Assembly (NCBI GenBank): GCA_026004195.1
Contig: BPIQ01000001.1
Location: 461,871 to 525,870, forward strand
Reading direction: 5' to 3'
Source: Candidatus Binatia bacterium
Lineage (GTDB): Bacteria; Desulfobacterota; Binatia; HRBIN30; BPIQ01
DNA: 64,000 bases
The position numbers and the translations under genes are program-made. Positions 8,963-17,536 of this stretch are shown here, one piece after another (the first letter of the stretch is position 1; each line of letters starts with the position of its first letter). The notes beneath the pieces were generated by a model. That model ran no database searches. It was not told the DNA's origin and saw nothing but the letters and a program-made list of their open reading frames with translations.

Positions 8963-9930
8963 CGTACGCCGCCGCCATCCGAGAGACGCTCCGCCGCGAG
9001 ATGCGGCGCGACCCGGACGTTTTTCTTCTCGGCGAGGACATCGGCGTCTACGGCGGAGCGTTCGGAGTCACGAAGGGGCTCCTGGACGAGTTCGGACCCG
9101 AACGCGTCCGTTCGACTCCGATTTCGGAAGCGGCGCTGGTGGGCGTCGCTACCGGGGCCGCGCTTCTGGGCCTGCGGCCCGTGGTCGAGATCATGTTCAT
9201 GGACTTCCTCACGCTGGCCATGGACCAGCTCCTCAACCACGCGACCAAGTTCCGTTACGTCTACGGCCCGCAGGCCAGGGTGCCGCTGGTCCTGCGCACT
9301 CCGGCCGGCGGAGGGCGCTCGTACGGGGCGACCCACTCCCAGAGCCTGGAAGCCTGGTTCCTCCACGCACCGGGCCTCAAGGTCGCGACACCCGCCACGC
9401 CGGCGGACGCCGCGAAACTCCTCCGCACTGCGATCCGCGACGACAACCCCGTGCTCTTCGTCGAGCACAAACTCCTGTACGCCACGACGGGAGAAGTCCC
9501 GGAAGATCCCGAGCCGGAACCTTTCGGCCGAGCGGCGATCCTCCGCGAAGGCAGGGACGTGACGCTCGTGGCCTATTCTCACGGCACCCTGCTCGCTCTC
9601 GAGGCTGCACGGGAGCTCTCCGGCGAGGGAATCGAAGCGGAAGTGATCGACCTGCGCACGCTCGTGCCGCTCGACACCGTCACGGTCTGCGACTCGGTCC
9701 GGAAAACCGGGCGCCTCGTCACGGTGGAGGAGGGAGCGTACACCGGAGGGGTCGGTGCGGAAATCGTCGCGCGTGTTTGCGAAGAAGCCTACGAGTACCT
9801 CGACGCTCCCGTGCGCAGGGTGGCCGCGCTCGACGTGCCGATCCCGTTCAGCCCGGTCCTCGAACGTGCCGTGCTGCCGCAGGCGGGGGACATCGCCCGC
9901 ACGGTGCGAGAGGTCCTGCGCCCGGCCTGA
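8950..9930 (+). CDS. 2-oxoacid dehydrogenase E1 component, beta subunit
   Basis: ATG at 8950 (MAELTYAAAIRETLRREM…). …RVRSTPISEAALVGVATGAALLGLRPVVEIMFMDF… is typical of PdhB/AcoB. Overlaps the E1alpha 3' end by 13 nt. The upstream part of tracked ORF 8005..9930 is an out-of-frame shadow. Confidence 0.9.
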   Translation: MAELTYAAAIRETLRREMRRDPDVFLLGEDIGVYGGAFGVTKGLLDEFGPERVRSTPISEAALVGVATGAALLGLRPVVEIMFMDFLTLAMDQLLNHATKFRYVYGPQARVPLVLRTPAGGGRSYGATHSQSLEAWFLHAPGLKVATPATPADAAKLLRTAIRDDNPVLFVEHKLLYATTGEVPEDPEPEPFGRAAILREGRDVTLVAYSHGTLLALEAARELSGEGIEAEVIDLRTLVPLDTVTVCDSVRKTGRLVTVEEGAYTGGVGAEIVARVCEEAYEYLDAPVRRVAALDVPIPFSPVLERAVLPQAGDIARTVREVLRPA

Positions 9931-9943
9931 CCCCCCCTCGACC

Positions 9944-11533
9944 ATGGAAGCCGTCTACCTACCCGTGCTCGGAGCGAACATGACCCACGCCACGGTGCGA
10001 CGGTGGTACAAGCAGGAGGGCGAAACCGTAGCCCCGGGTGACCTTCTCGTGGAGGTCGAGACCGACAAGGTGAACGTGGACATCGAAGCCGAGACGGGGG
10101 GCGTGCTCCGCAAAATCGTGGCTCCGGAAGGCCGACGCGTCCCGGTCCTTTCGATCCTCGCCTTCGTGGGTGAAAAAGACGAACCCGTTCCCCCGCCCGA
10201 CGCCTGGCCGAAAAAAGCCCTCCCCGAAGAGATCTGCGGAGAACCGGCCGTGACCGGGCGCGCCGAAAGAGGAACTCCCGGGCGAAGGTCCTTGGGCCCG
10301 GAGCCCGACCGATACCCGGCAAGTCCCGCCGCCCGTCGGCTCGCCCGCGAGCTCGGCGTCTCCCTCGAGGGGCTCCGAGGCAGTGGCCCCCGGGGGGAAA
10401 TCACACGGGAGGACGTCCTCCGGGCCCGCGGTGCGGGAGAGCTGGACCCTGGTTTCCTCGACCTCCTCCGAAGGTACCCCGAACGCTTTCGCGACCTTCC
10501 GTCCGAGGCGAAAGTGGAACTGTACCGCAGGCACGGAGCCGCGATCGGGGAGGGGGTTCGCATCGAGCAGGGCACGCTCGTTCTCGCCAGGGAAATCCGG
10601 ATCGGCGGAGGGACGGTCCTCGGACCGGAGAGCCACTTCGAGTGCGAGAAGCTCGAGCTCGGGCGTCTGGTGGCTTTCGGGCGGGGTACGAAACTCGAGT
10701 GCCGGGAAGCGAGGGTAGGGGACGCGCTCTGGTCGAAAGATCGAGTGACCATCGGAGGGGGAGGTCGGAACGAGCCCGAAGCCCGGCTCGAGATCGGCGA
10801 CGCCTGTTTTCTCGGGGACGGCGCGTACCTCAACCCGGGGCTTCCCATCCGCCTCGGCGACGAGGTTTGTATCGGGGCCGGTGCCATGCTCTTCACCCAC
10901 AGCCACTGGCAGTCGATCCTCCGGGGCTACGCGTCCGTCTTCGCGCCGATCGAGATCGGGGACCACGTTTTCGTCGGGAACAACGCCTTCGTGTTTCCCG
11001 GCGTGCGGATCGGCAGCGGCGCGACCGTGCTCGTCCAGTCGTTCGTCGCCCTCGACGTCCCGGAACGCGTGCTCGTCGGGGGAGTGCCGGCTCGCGTCAT
11101 CCGCGAGATTCGCCCCCTCACGCGAGAGGAGCGCATCGCCGAGTTCTCGCGCAGGCTGCCCGAGCTCGTCCGGCGCCTGGAACGCCTGGGATGGCCGGTC
11201 GCGCAGGAACGAACCGGGCAAGGTACGTGGATGCGGCTCGGCCCGAACGCGGCCGTAGGCTTCTTCCCCGATAGCGTCCCGCGTATCGAGAACGACGGGC
11301 GAGTCGTCCTCCTCGTGTTCGGCGCGGCCACACCCGAAGGATGCACCGTATTCGACCTCGAGGCGGGTCGCGTCGTGGGGCCGCAGGACGAGCTTTCCGA
11401 CGAAGTGCGGGAGTTCTGCCGCAGGCTCGGGATTCGTTTCCGGCCCTTCGCCTGGCGCTATCGCGTGGGCCACTTCGAAGGAGACCGCTTCGTCCGGCGG
11501 GAGTTCTCAGGCTCGGGGCCGAAAGCGCGGTAG
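9944..11533 (+). CDS. Fusion protein: lipoyl-attachment domain, peripheral-subunit-binding (E3/E1-binding) domain, left-handed beta-helix hexapeptide-repeat acyltransferase, and a C-terminal ~130-aa domain of unknown function (E2 replacement)
   Basis: ATG at 9944, 14 nt after the E1beta stop. Lipoyl domain with lipoyl-lysine motif (LLVEVETDKVNVDIEAE). PSBD (ASPAARRLARELGVSLEGLRGSGPRGEITREDV). Hexapeptide repeats (IGDHVFVGNNAFVFPGVRIGSGATVLV; IGGGTVLGPES; LGDEVCIGAGAMLFTHSH). No CAT-fold E2 catalytic domain. Confidence 0.8.
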   Translation: MEAVYLPVLGANMTHATVRRWYKQEGETVAPGDLLVEVETDKVNVDIEAETGGVLRKIVAPEGRRVPVLSILAFVGEKDEPVPPPDAWPKKALPEEICGEPAVTGRAERGTPGRRSLGPEPDRYPASPAARRLARELGVSLEGLRGSGPRGEITREDVLRARGAGELDPGFLDLLRRYPERFRDLPSEAKVELYRRHGAAIGEGVRIEQGTLVLAREIRIGGGTVLGPESHFECEKLELGRLVAFGRGTKLECREARVGDALWSKDRVTIGGGGRNEPEARLEIGDACFLGDGAYLNPGLPIRLGDEVCIGAGAMLFTHSHWQSILRGYASVFAPIEIGDHVFVGNNAFVFPGVRIGSGATVLVQSFVALDVPERVLVGGVPARVIREIRPLTREERIAEFSRRLPELVRRLERLGWPVAQERTGQGTWMRLGPNAAVGFFPDSVPRIENDGRVVLLVFGAATPEGCTVFDLEAGRVVGPQDELSDEVREFCRRLGIRFRPFAWRYRVGHFEGDRFVRREFSGSGPKAR

Positions 11534-12451
11534 GACCTCGCGGGCGAAGCGTTCGAGGACGTCGAGGTTGAACGGCGTGAGCGTCAGGATGAAATGCGTC
11601 ACGCCGACGTCGAGGAACGCACGGATCTGCCGTTCCACTTCGTCGGGGTTCCCGAGGAGCATCCACTTCCGGGCCTCCGCTTCCGGGAGACCCTGGTAGG
11701 CTGCGTAGCCTTGCACGAGAGCCTCGGCCTCCGCCGCGTCGTCCGTGATCGCGGCGGGCACGAGAACGGACTTCTCCAGGGCATCGGCGTCCCGGCCCTC
11801 GCGGCGGCAGAGCTCCGCGAGGAGATCGATTTTCCGCCGGAACACCTCCGGCGAGCCGAACGACGACCAGTGGTCGGCGTGTCGTGCGACCACGGGCAGA
11901 AGCTTCTTTTCTCCGGCTCCCGCCACGACGATCGGCGGGTGGGGCTTCTGCCACGGCTTGGGCTCGTGGATCGCCTTGTCGAGGCGGTAGTACTTCCCCT
12001 CGAAGGAAGCTTCCCGCTCGGTCCAGAGCCGCCGGATCACGTGCAGCGCTTCGTCGAGCCGCTCGCACCGTTCCCCCGGAGTCCCGAACGGGAGCCCGAA
12101 CATCCGATGTTCGGGCTCGTACCAGCCCGCACCGATGCCGAACTCGAGCCGCCCCCCGCTGATCGTGTCCACCGTGGTGGCGATCTTCGCCAGGATGGCC
12201 GGGTGACGGTACGTGTTGCCGGTCACGAGCGCCCCGATTCGGATCCTTTTCGTGTGCACGGCAAGAGCCGCAAGGCAGCTCCAGCCCTCCAGGGTCGGGT
12301 CGAAAGGGTCCATCATGACGGCGACGAAGTGGTCGTACGTCCAGGCCGTGTCGTATCCGAGCTCCTCCGCGCGCTGCCAGAGTTCGACGATCTCCTTCCA
12401 GCTCGCGAACTGCTGGCCTGTCTGGATTCCGAACCGAACCCGCCGTTCCAT
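11507..12451 (-). CDS. LLM-class (luciferase-like) flavin/F420-dependent oxidoreductase
   Basis: 314-aa product MERRVRFGIQTGQQ… with …DTAWTYDHF… and …GGRLEFGIGAGW…. ATG at 12449-12451 overlaps the upstream stop (TGATG). The N-terminal R-rich part of the tracked 605-aa ORF is rejected. Converges on and overlaps the 3' end of 9944..11533 by 27 nt. Confidence 0.8.
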   Translation of the reverse strand: MERRVRFGIQTGQQFASWKEIVELWQRAEELGYDTAWTYDHFVAVMMDPFDPTLEGWSCLAALAVHTKRIRIGALVTGNTYRHPAILAKIATTVDTISGGRLEFGIGAGWYEPEHRMFGLPFGTPGERCERLDEALHVIRRLWTEREASFEGKYYRLDKAIHEPKPWQKPHPPIVVAGAGEKKLLPVVARHADHWSSFGSPEVFRRKIDLLAELCRREGRDADALEKSVLVPAAITDDAAEAEALVQGYAAYQGLPEAEARKWMLLGNPDEVERQIRAFLDVGVTHFILTLTPFNLDVLERFAREVLPRFRPRA

Positions 12452-13458
12452 CAGCACCTCCCGACGGCTTGCGTGATCCAATCGACGAGAAGCGGGAAGA
12501 CCTCCTCCCGCACTCGGTGCCCGAAAACGAGATCCACGTGTCCGTAGTCCGCGGAGAACCCGGCGTCCTTCGAGAAAACCACGAACTCCTTTTCCGGACT
12601 TCCGAGAAGCTCGAAGCCCCGGCCGACGGCCTCGACCGTGGCAAGACGGTCCGCGGCGCCGGCGCAAACCAGGAACGGAAGCGCAACGCGACGAAGTCCC
12701 GCCCGGTAGTCGAGGGTTCCGTCCGCGGAGGCGAACCTTCCGGTCATGGACCAATGGGCGAGTTGCCGCAGCTTGCCCCGGGAGACGTTCGTGAGGGCTT
12801 TTCTCAGAGCCTCTCCGGCGGCGTCCAGGTCCGTGTTGGCGGGATTCATCCCGATCTCCACGGCACGCGTCCAGCCGACCAGACGCCACAGCGCGCCGAG
12901 GACCTGCCGCTGCGGGACGCGACTTCCGATGGGAAGGGAGAGGAAAAACTGGCCCAGGTAGCGCGCGGCTTCCGAAGCGACCGGGGGGAAGACGACGGGC
13001 GAGGCGAGTGTCACCCCGCCGAGCGGCTTCGGACCCTCTTCGCCGGCGGCCGAGAGGTAGGCGTAGAGAAGCATGCCTCCCATGCTGTGCCCCACCCAGA
13101 CCATCCTCTCGTGTCCGACTTCTCCGCGGACGAAAGAAAGAACCGCGGGAACGTCGACCAGGGCCAGGTCGTCGAATGTCCACCAGTCCGGCGACCGGCA
13201 TTGGCCGCTCGGATAACTCGCGCCCCGGCCGCGAAGCTCGACGACCCAGCTGTCGAGCCCGAAGGAGGCGAAGAACCTCGCGAGGGAGTATCGAGCGTCG
13301 AAGTCCACGAAAAAGCGGTTGCAACCGTAGCCGGGGCAGACGAGAACGGTCGGGGCACCCGGAACCGGGTAGCGGTGGAGAGCGAGCCTCCAGCCGTCGT
13401 GCGTCGCCGCGAAGTACGTCGTGGGTTCCCGGGCCATCTCGTTCGAGCGATCGACCAT
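12451..13458 (-). CDS. Alpha/beta-fold hydrolase
   Basis: Nucleophile elbow VGHSMGG. Start placed at ATG 13458 (MVDRSNEMAREP…) so it does not overlap the divergent dGTPase start; ATG 13437 is an alternative. Confidence 0.65.
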   Translation of the reverse strand: MVDRSNEMAREPTTYFAATHDGWRLALHRYPVPGAPTVLVCPGYGCNRFFVDFDARYSLARFFASFGLDSWVVELRGRGASYPSGQCRSPDWWTFDDLALVDVPAVLSFVRGEVGHERMVWVGHSMGGMLLYAYLSAAGEEGPKPLGGVTLASPVVFPPVASEAARYLGQFFLSLPIGSRVPQRQVLGALWRLVGWTRAVEIGMNPANTDLDAAGEALRKALTNVSRGKLRQLAHWSMTGRFASADGTLDYRAGLRRVALPFLVCAGAADRLATVEAVGRGFELLGSPEKEFVVFSKDAGFSADYGHVDLVFGHRVREEVFPLLVDWITQAVGRC

Positions 13459-13541
13459 CGCGTTTTCCACGACTTCGCGCAAGAGGTGCGCCTTGCCGGG
13501 CGAAGAGCGGGTCGCTAAGAAAGCGCGGAGACGCAAGCTCG

Positions 13542-14687
13542 ATGAAGCACGCCGGCCTGGACTTCGAGGAGCGCGTCCTCGCACCCTACGCGGCGCGCAG
13601 CGCCCGCTCGCGGGGAAGGGTACATCCGGAGTGCGAGCATCCTTTTCGTTCGGCCTTCCAGCGGGACCGCGATCGGATCATCCACAGCTCCGCCTTCCGC
13701 CGTCTCGAGTACAAAACGCAGGTCTTCCTCAACCACGAGGGTGACTACTACCGGACCCGCCTCACCCACACGATGGAAGCCGCGCAGATCAGCCGCACGA
13801 TCGCACGCGCGCTCGGTCTGAACGAAGACCTGGCCGAAGCGGTGGCGCTCGCTCACGACCTGGGCCACACTCCCTTCGGACACGCGGGCGAGCGCGTGCT
13901 GCACGAGTGCATGCTCCCGTACGGGGGATTCGAGCACAACGCGCAGAGTCTTCGGATCGTCGAGAAACTCGAGCGGCGGTACCCCGGGTTTCCGGGGCTG
14001 AACCTCACCTTCGAGGTTCGCGAGGGTATCGTGAAGCACTCGCCCCCGTACGACCGTCCCCTGGCCCGCGATTTCGAGCCCGGCCTCGCTCCGGCTCTCG
14101 AGGCCCAGATCGTCGACCTGGCCGACGAAATCGCCTACACCGCTCACGACATCGACGACGGCCTCCAGTCCGGGATGCTCGACGCCGGGGACCTCCTCGG
14201 AGTGGAGCTCTGGCGGGAAAGCGCGGCGCTCGTCTGGGCCTCCCACGTCCAGGATCCCGCCGTGACCCGCTACCAGGCCATCCGCCACCTGATCGATCGC
14301 CTGGTGACGGACCTCGTAGGCAACGTCCGCGAAACTCTCGAGCGAAACGGCATCCGCTCCTACGAGGACGTCCGCCGTTTCGGAAAGCCTCTGGCCGCTT
14401 TCCGCGAGCCCCTACGCGAGAAGTTCTCGGAACTCAAGGCGTTTCTCTTCGAACATCTCTACCGGCATCCTCGTGTCGTGCGGATGACACGGAAGGCCCA
14501 GCGCGTGGTACGGGAGCTTTTCGAGGAATACATGGCCGAGCCCCGCCAGCTTCCCGAGCACGTGTTCCGAAGGGCCGAATCCGAAGAATCGTTGCCCAGG
14601 GTCGTGGCGGATTACATTGCCGGTATGACGGACCGTTTTGCCCTCGAAGAGCACCGAAAGCTCTTCGACCCGTCCGCACGCGTCTAG
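13542..14687 (+). CDS. dgt: Deoxyguanosinetriphosphate triphosphohydrolase-like HD-domain protein
   Basis: ATG at 13542 (MKHAGLDFEER…). HD motif …AHDLGHTPFGHAGE… and …IVDLADEIAYTAHDIDDG… The 178 codons upstream in tracked ORF 13008..14687 are shadow. Confidence 0.85.
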   Translation: MKHAGLDFEERVLAPYAARSARSRGRVHPECEHPFRSAFQRDRDRIIHSSAFRRLEYKTQVFLNHEGDYYRTRLTHTMEAAQISRTIARALGLNEDLAEAVALAHDLGHTPFGHAGERVLHECMLPYGGFEHNAQSLRIVEKLERRYPGFPGLNLTFEVREGIVKHSPPYDRPLARDFEPGLAPALEAQIVDLADEIAYTAHDIDDGLQSGMLDAGDLLGVELWRESAALVWASHVQDPAVTRYQAIRHLIDRLVTDLVGNVRETLERNGIRSYEDVRRFGKPLAAFREPLREKFSELKAFLFEHLYRHPRVVRMTRKAQRVVRELFEEYMAEPRQLPEHVFRRAESEESLPRVVADYIAGMTDRFALEEHRKLFDPSARV

Positions 14688-14691
14688 GGAC

Positions 14692-14708
14692 CGGGGCACC
14701 CGGCCCCG
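14692..14708 (+). terminator. GC-rich hairpin (CGGGGC-ACCCG-GCCCCG) 5 nt after the dGTPase stop; candidate terminator without a U-tract
   Basis: Perfect 6-bp inverted repeat with a 5-nt loop in the convergent intergenic region 14688..14838. Confidence 0.25.
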
Positions 14709-14822
14709 AGCCGCGCCTCGTCGTGAGCGGGTTTGCGGGACCGCGGGGTGTCGGGAGAAAGCGGCCCGGGTACAGAGGAGCGTGCTCCCGGCCCGAAAAA
14801 CCGCCGCGCTGGCATAACGTCT

Positions 14823-14840
14823 GATAATGAACATTATGTC
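14823..14840. promoter_or_regulatory. AT-rich inverted repeat GATAATG-AA-CATTATG (Fur-box-like) overlapping the stop codon of the TPR gene
   Basis: ATAATG(AA)CATTAT is a perfect palindrome inside an otherwise ~70% GC region. It resembles GATAATGATAATCATTATC-type operators. Confidence 0.3.
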
Positions 14841-15519
14841 AACTAGCTCCCACGGCCCCTTCGAGCCACGCAACCCGTTCCTCCACGAACTTCCGCTCCG
14901 GAAGGTTCCCGTACCTCGCAAGAAACTCCCGATACGCCTCGAGAGCCCTCTCCTTCCGACCGGCAAGCTCGAAATTCCGCCCCGCACCGAGAAGAGCCAC
15001 CGCGGCCTCGCCACCCGGAAGCTCCGACGCCTCGAAAAAGTGCTGTGCCGCGCTCGCATGGTCGCCGAGCGCTTCTTCGGCATACCCGAGCGCGACGAGC
15101 GCCCCCTGCCGCAAATACGCCTCCTCGAGCCCCGAGGCCGCTTCCTCGAGCACGGAGCGAGCTCCGGCTGCGTCACCGGTCTCCAGGAGAACCCGCCCGA
15201 GATAAAGAGCCGCGAGCGCCCGGAGCCGCGAATCCCCGAACTCCGACCGGAACCCCTCGAGGGCACTTCGAGCTTCCCCGTACTTCTTCGCCTCGTGGAG
15301 GCTCACGGCACGGGCCAGAACCGCGTTCTCTCGTTCCCGCTGCACCCGACGCACATGCGTCGTCCAGGCCAGGCCACCGAGGAGTACGCAGCCTGCCACG
15401 GCCGAAACGAGCAGAACGCGCCGATGTCTCTGCGCGTACCGAACGATGCGCAGGGTCGTGCTGACGAACTCGTCGGGCCGCCGCAGATCCTTGCGCCGAA
15501 TACGGACCTTCGTGGCCAC
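14839..15519 (-). CDS. Tetratricopeptide-repeat protein with N-terminal membrane anchor
   Basis: 226 aa with a TM helix (LLVSAVAGCVLLGGLAW) and Ala-rich TPR-like helices (AALYLGRVLLETGDAAGARSVLEEA…). Confidence 0.6.
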   Translation of the reverse strand: MATKVRIRRKDLRRPDEFVSTTLRIVRYAQRHRRVLLVSAVAGCVLLGGLAWTTHVRRVQRERENAVLARAVSLHEAKKYGEARSALEGFRSEFGDSRLRALAALYLGRVLLETGDAAGARSVLEEAASGLEEAYLRQGALVALGYAEEALGDHASAAQHFFEASELPGGEAAVALLGAGRNFELAGRKERALEAYREFLARYGNLPERKFVEERVAWLEGAVGAS

Positions 15520-15540
15520 CTCTCGGGCCTTCGCGGGGTC

Positions 15541-16053
15541 CTACATCTTGTACTTGAAGTCCTCGGGCGTCATGCGTTCGAGAATTTCCGCCCACTTGTC
15601 GGGCGAAACGTTCGAAAGGTTCGTGTCGGCGCCTTCTTCCATTTGCTGGAGCACGCTCGACGCTTCGAGGACTTTTTTCGCGACGTAGATCGGACTCTTC
15701 GTCCGCAGCGCGAGCGAGATGGCGTCGCTCGGTCTCGCGTCGATCGCCAGTTCGCTCCCGCGGTAGCGCAGGTGGATCAGCGCGAAGTACGTGTTTTCCC
15801 GCAGGTCCGTGATCTCGACGAACTCCACCGTCGCCCCGAGGTCGCTCAGGATGTTTTTCAGGAGATCGTGCGTCATCGGGCGGGGCATCTTGATCCCCTC
15901 GAGTTCGGTCGCCATCGCCGTGGCCTCGAGGAGCCCGATCCAGATGGGTAAATTCAGCTTGTTCTCCGGGTCGCGCAGGATCACGATGGGGGTTTTCGTC
16001 GTCGGATCGAGCGTGAGCCCCCCGACGTTCATGAGAATCACGTCGTCACGCAT
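15541..16053 (-). CDS. Bifunctional nuclease (BFN / DUF151) family protein
   Basis: …PIVILRDPENKLNLPIWIGLLEATAMATELEG… matches the BFN domain signature. Confidence 0.72.
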   Translation of the reverse strand: MRDDVILMNVGGLTLDPTTKTPIVILRDPENKLNLPIWIGLLEATAMATELEGIKMPRPMTHDLLKNILSDLGATVEFVEITDLRENTYFALIHLRYRGSELAIDARPSDAISLALRTKSPIYVAKKVLEASSVLQQMEEGADTNLSNVSPDKWAEILERMTPEDFKYKM

Positions 16054-16119
16054 GACCGATCTCCTTCCGCTCGGGTATTCTGCTCAGAAAGCGCCCGGCA
16101 CGTCAACGCCTTCTCCCGG

Positions 16120-17529
16120 TCACGCCACCAGCCGGTCGATGACGCGGTAGAGCTGATTGAGATTCCGGCACTCGTGCACGAGGTCGCAGTACGGCCCGTA
16201 GCGGTCCATTTCACTGTCGCCGAAGCCCCACGTGAGGCGATTCTCGGGATTGAGCCAGATCAGCTGCTTGGCCCGCTGCCGGATGTCCCGCAGGACCCAC
16301 TCGTGCGGCTGGTTGTAGTTGTTGCGAGCGTCGCCGAGAATGATCACCGACGTCTTCTTGTTCACCGCGCCGAGGTAATCCCGGTGGAAAATCCGGAAAG
16401 CGCGGCCGAAATCGGAGTGGGCGAAGACGTTGACGACGGCCCCGCTCAGGGCGAGATCGATCGCTCGCTGGATTTCGTTCTCCTCGAAAAGCCGCGTCAC
16501 TTCGCCGAGGTCGCTCACGAAAATGAAGCTGCGGACGCGGGAGTAGAGATCCTGCAACGAGTAGACGAACTGCAGCATGAAGCGAGAGACGTTGCGGACG
16601 GAATCCGATACGTCGCAGAGAACCATCACCTGGGGCTTTTCCCGGACGCGCCGATCGAATTCGATGTGGAAGGGGACCCCGCCGTGCTGCAGGTTGCGTC
16701 GCAGGGTCGCCTTGAGGTCGAAGCGCCCCCGCTTGCCCCGCCGACGTCGGATGGCCACCACGTTCTTGAGCCGCTGCGCCAGCTTGGTGACCGCCTCGCG
16801 CATCCGGCGGATCTCGTCCTCGCTCAGGTAGTAGAAGCTTTTCTCGGCCAGGTTCTGGATGCGCAGGTCGTCTTCCGACCCCCGCCGCCGTTTGGCGAGC
16901 TCCGCCCGAACGTAGCGCTGGACCATCTCCGTGAGGTCCCGGAACCGCCGCTCGACGAACCTCCGGAGGAGCTCCTTGCGCCCCGGGTCGAGGTCCGAGT
17001 CCCGGAGCCTCTCCTGGAACGCGTCGAGCTCTCGCTGGAGCGCGGCCAGCCCCAGGGCCTGGGCGATGCTGTGCGTGTAACGGCCCTCCTGGAACGGCTT
17101 TTCGATACGCCCGACCTGCACGGCGGCTCCGGCCTCCCGCAGCAGACGCTCGAGCCGGCCCGAATCGGCCTCGAGCAACGCCCGCGCCAGCTCGGAGAAC
17201 TCCATCCCCCATTCCCGGGCGAGCTCCCGGAGCTGCTCGACGACTTGCTGGAAATCGGCCCCGCTGAGACCGAAATCCTCCCGCATCGCCGTCTCCACCC
17301 CTCGCACCACGGCGCCCGCCCCCGAGAAGTAGAGGTCGAAAAGCTCGTCGAAGACCTGGATGTCGACACTGCGCTTCACCAGAGAAGCGCGAAGCGTGTT
17401 CTTGACGATCTCGCGCTCCGCGAGTCCCGCCAGCGCGAGAGCCCGGGCCGCGTCCAGGTGCTCGGACATCGACACACGGAGGCCGTTCTCGCGAAGCAGC
17501 GCGGCGAATTCGGCGAGTCGCTCTTCCAC
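16120..17529 (-). CDS. VWA-domain protein, CoxE-like (MoxR partner)
   Basis: 469 aa; C-terminal VWA with MIDAS-like …VLCDVSDSVRNVSRF…; sits immediately downstream of the MoxR ATPase. Confidence 0.8.
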   Translation of the reverse strand: MEERLAEFAALLRENGLRVSMSEHLDAARALALAGLAEREIVKNTLRASLVKRSVDIQVFDELFDLYFSGAGAVVRGVETAMREDFGLSGADFQQVVEQLRELAREWGMEFSELARALLEADSGRLERLLREAGAAVQVGRIEKPFQEGRYTHSIAQALGLAALQRELDAFQERLRDSDLDPGRKELLRRFVERRFRDLTEMVQRYVRAELAKRRRGSEDDLRIQNLAEKSFYYLSEDEIRRMREAVTKLAQRLKNVVAIRRRRGKRGRFDLKATLRRNLQHGGVPFHIEFDRRVREKPQVMVLCDVSDSVRNVSRFMLQFVYSLQDLYSRVRSFIFVSDLGEVTRLFEENEIQRAIDLALSGAVVNVFAHSDFGRAFRIFHRDYLGAVNKKTSVIILGDARNNYNQPHEWVLRDIRQRAKQLIWLNPENRLTWGFGDSEMDRYGPYCDLVHECRNLNQLYRVIDRLVA

Positions 17530-17536
17530 GGTGCCC

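Noticed and set aside
9944-10180. Possibility that the N-terminal carrier domain is a biotinyl (BCCP) domain rather than lipoyl
   Set aside because: The modified-lysine context is ETDKV (lipoyl type), not the A/E-M-K-M biotinylation signature, and it is followed by a canonical E3/E1-binding PSBD.
14688-14838. tRNA or small RNA gene in the 151-bp convergent spacer (also checked 7213..7334 and 18491..18600)
   Set aside because: No T-loop (GTTCRANYC) or cloverleaf-compatible stems found; only a simple GC hairpin and the AT-rich palindrome.
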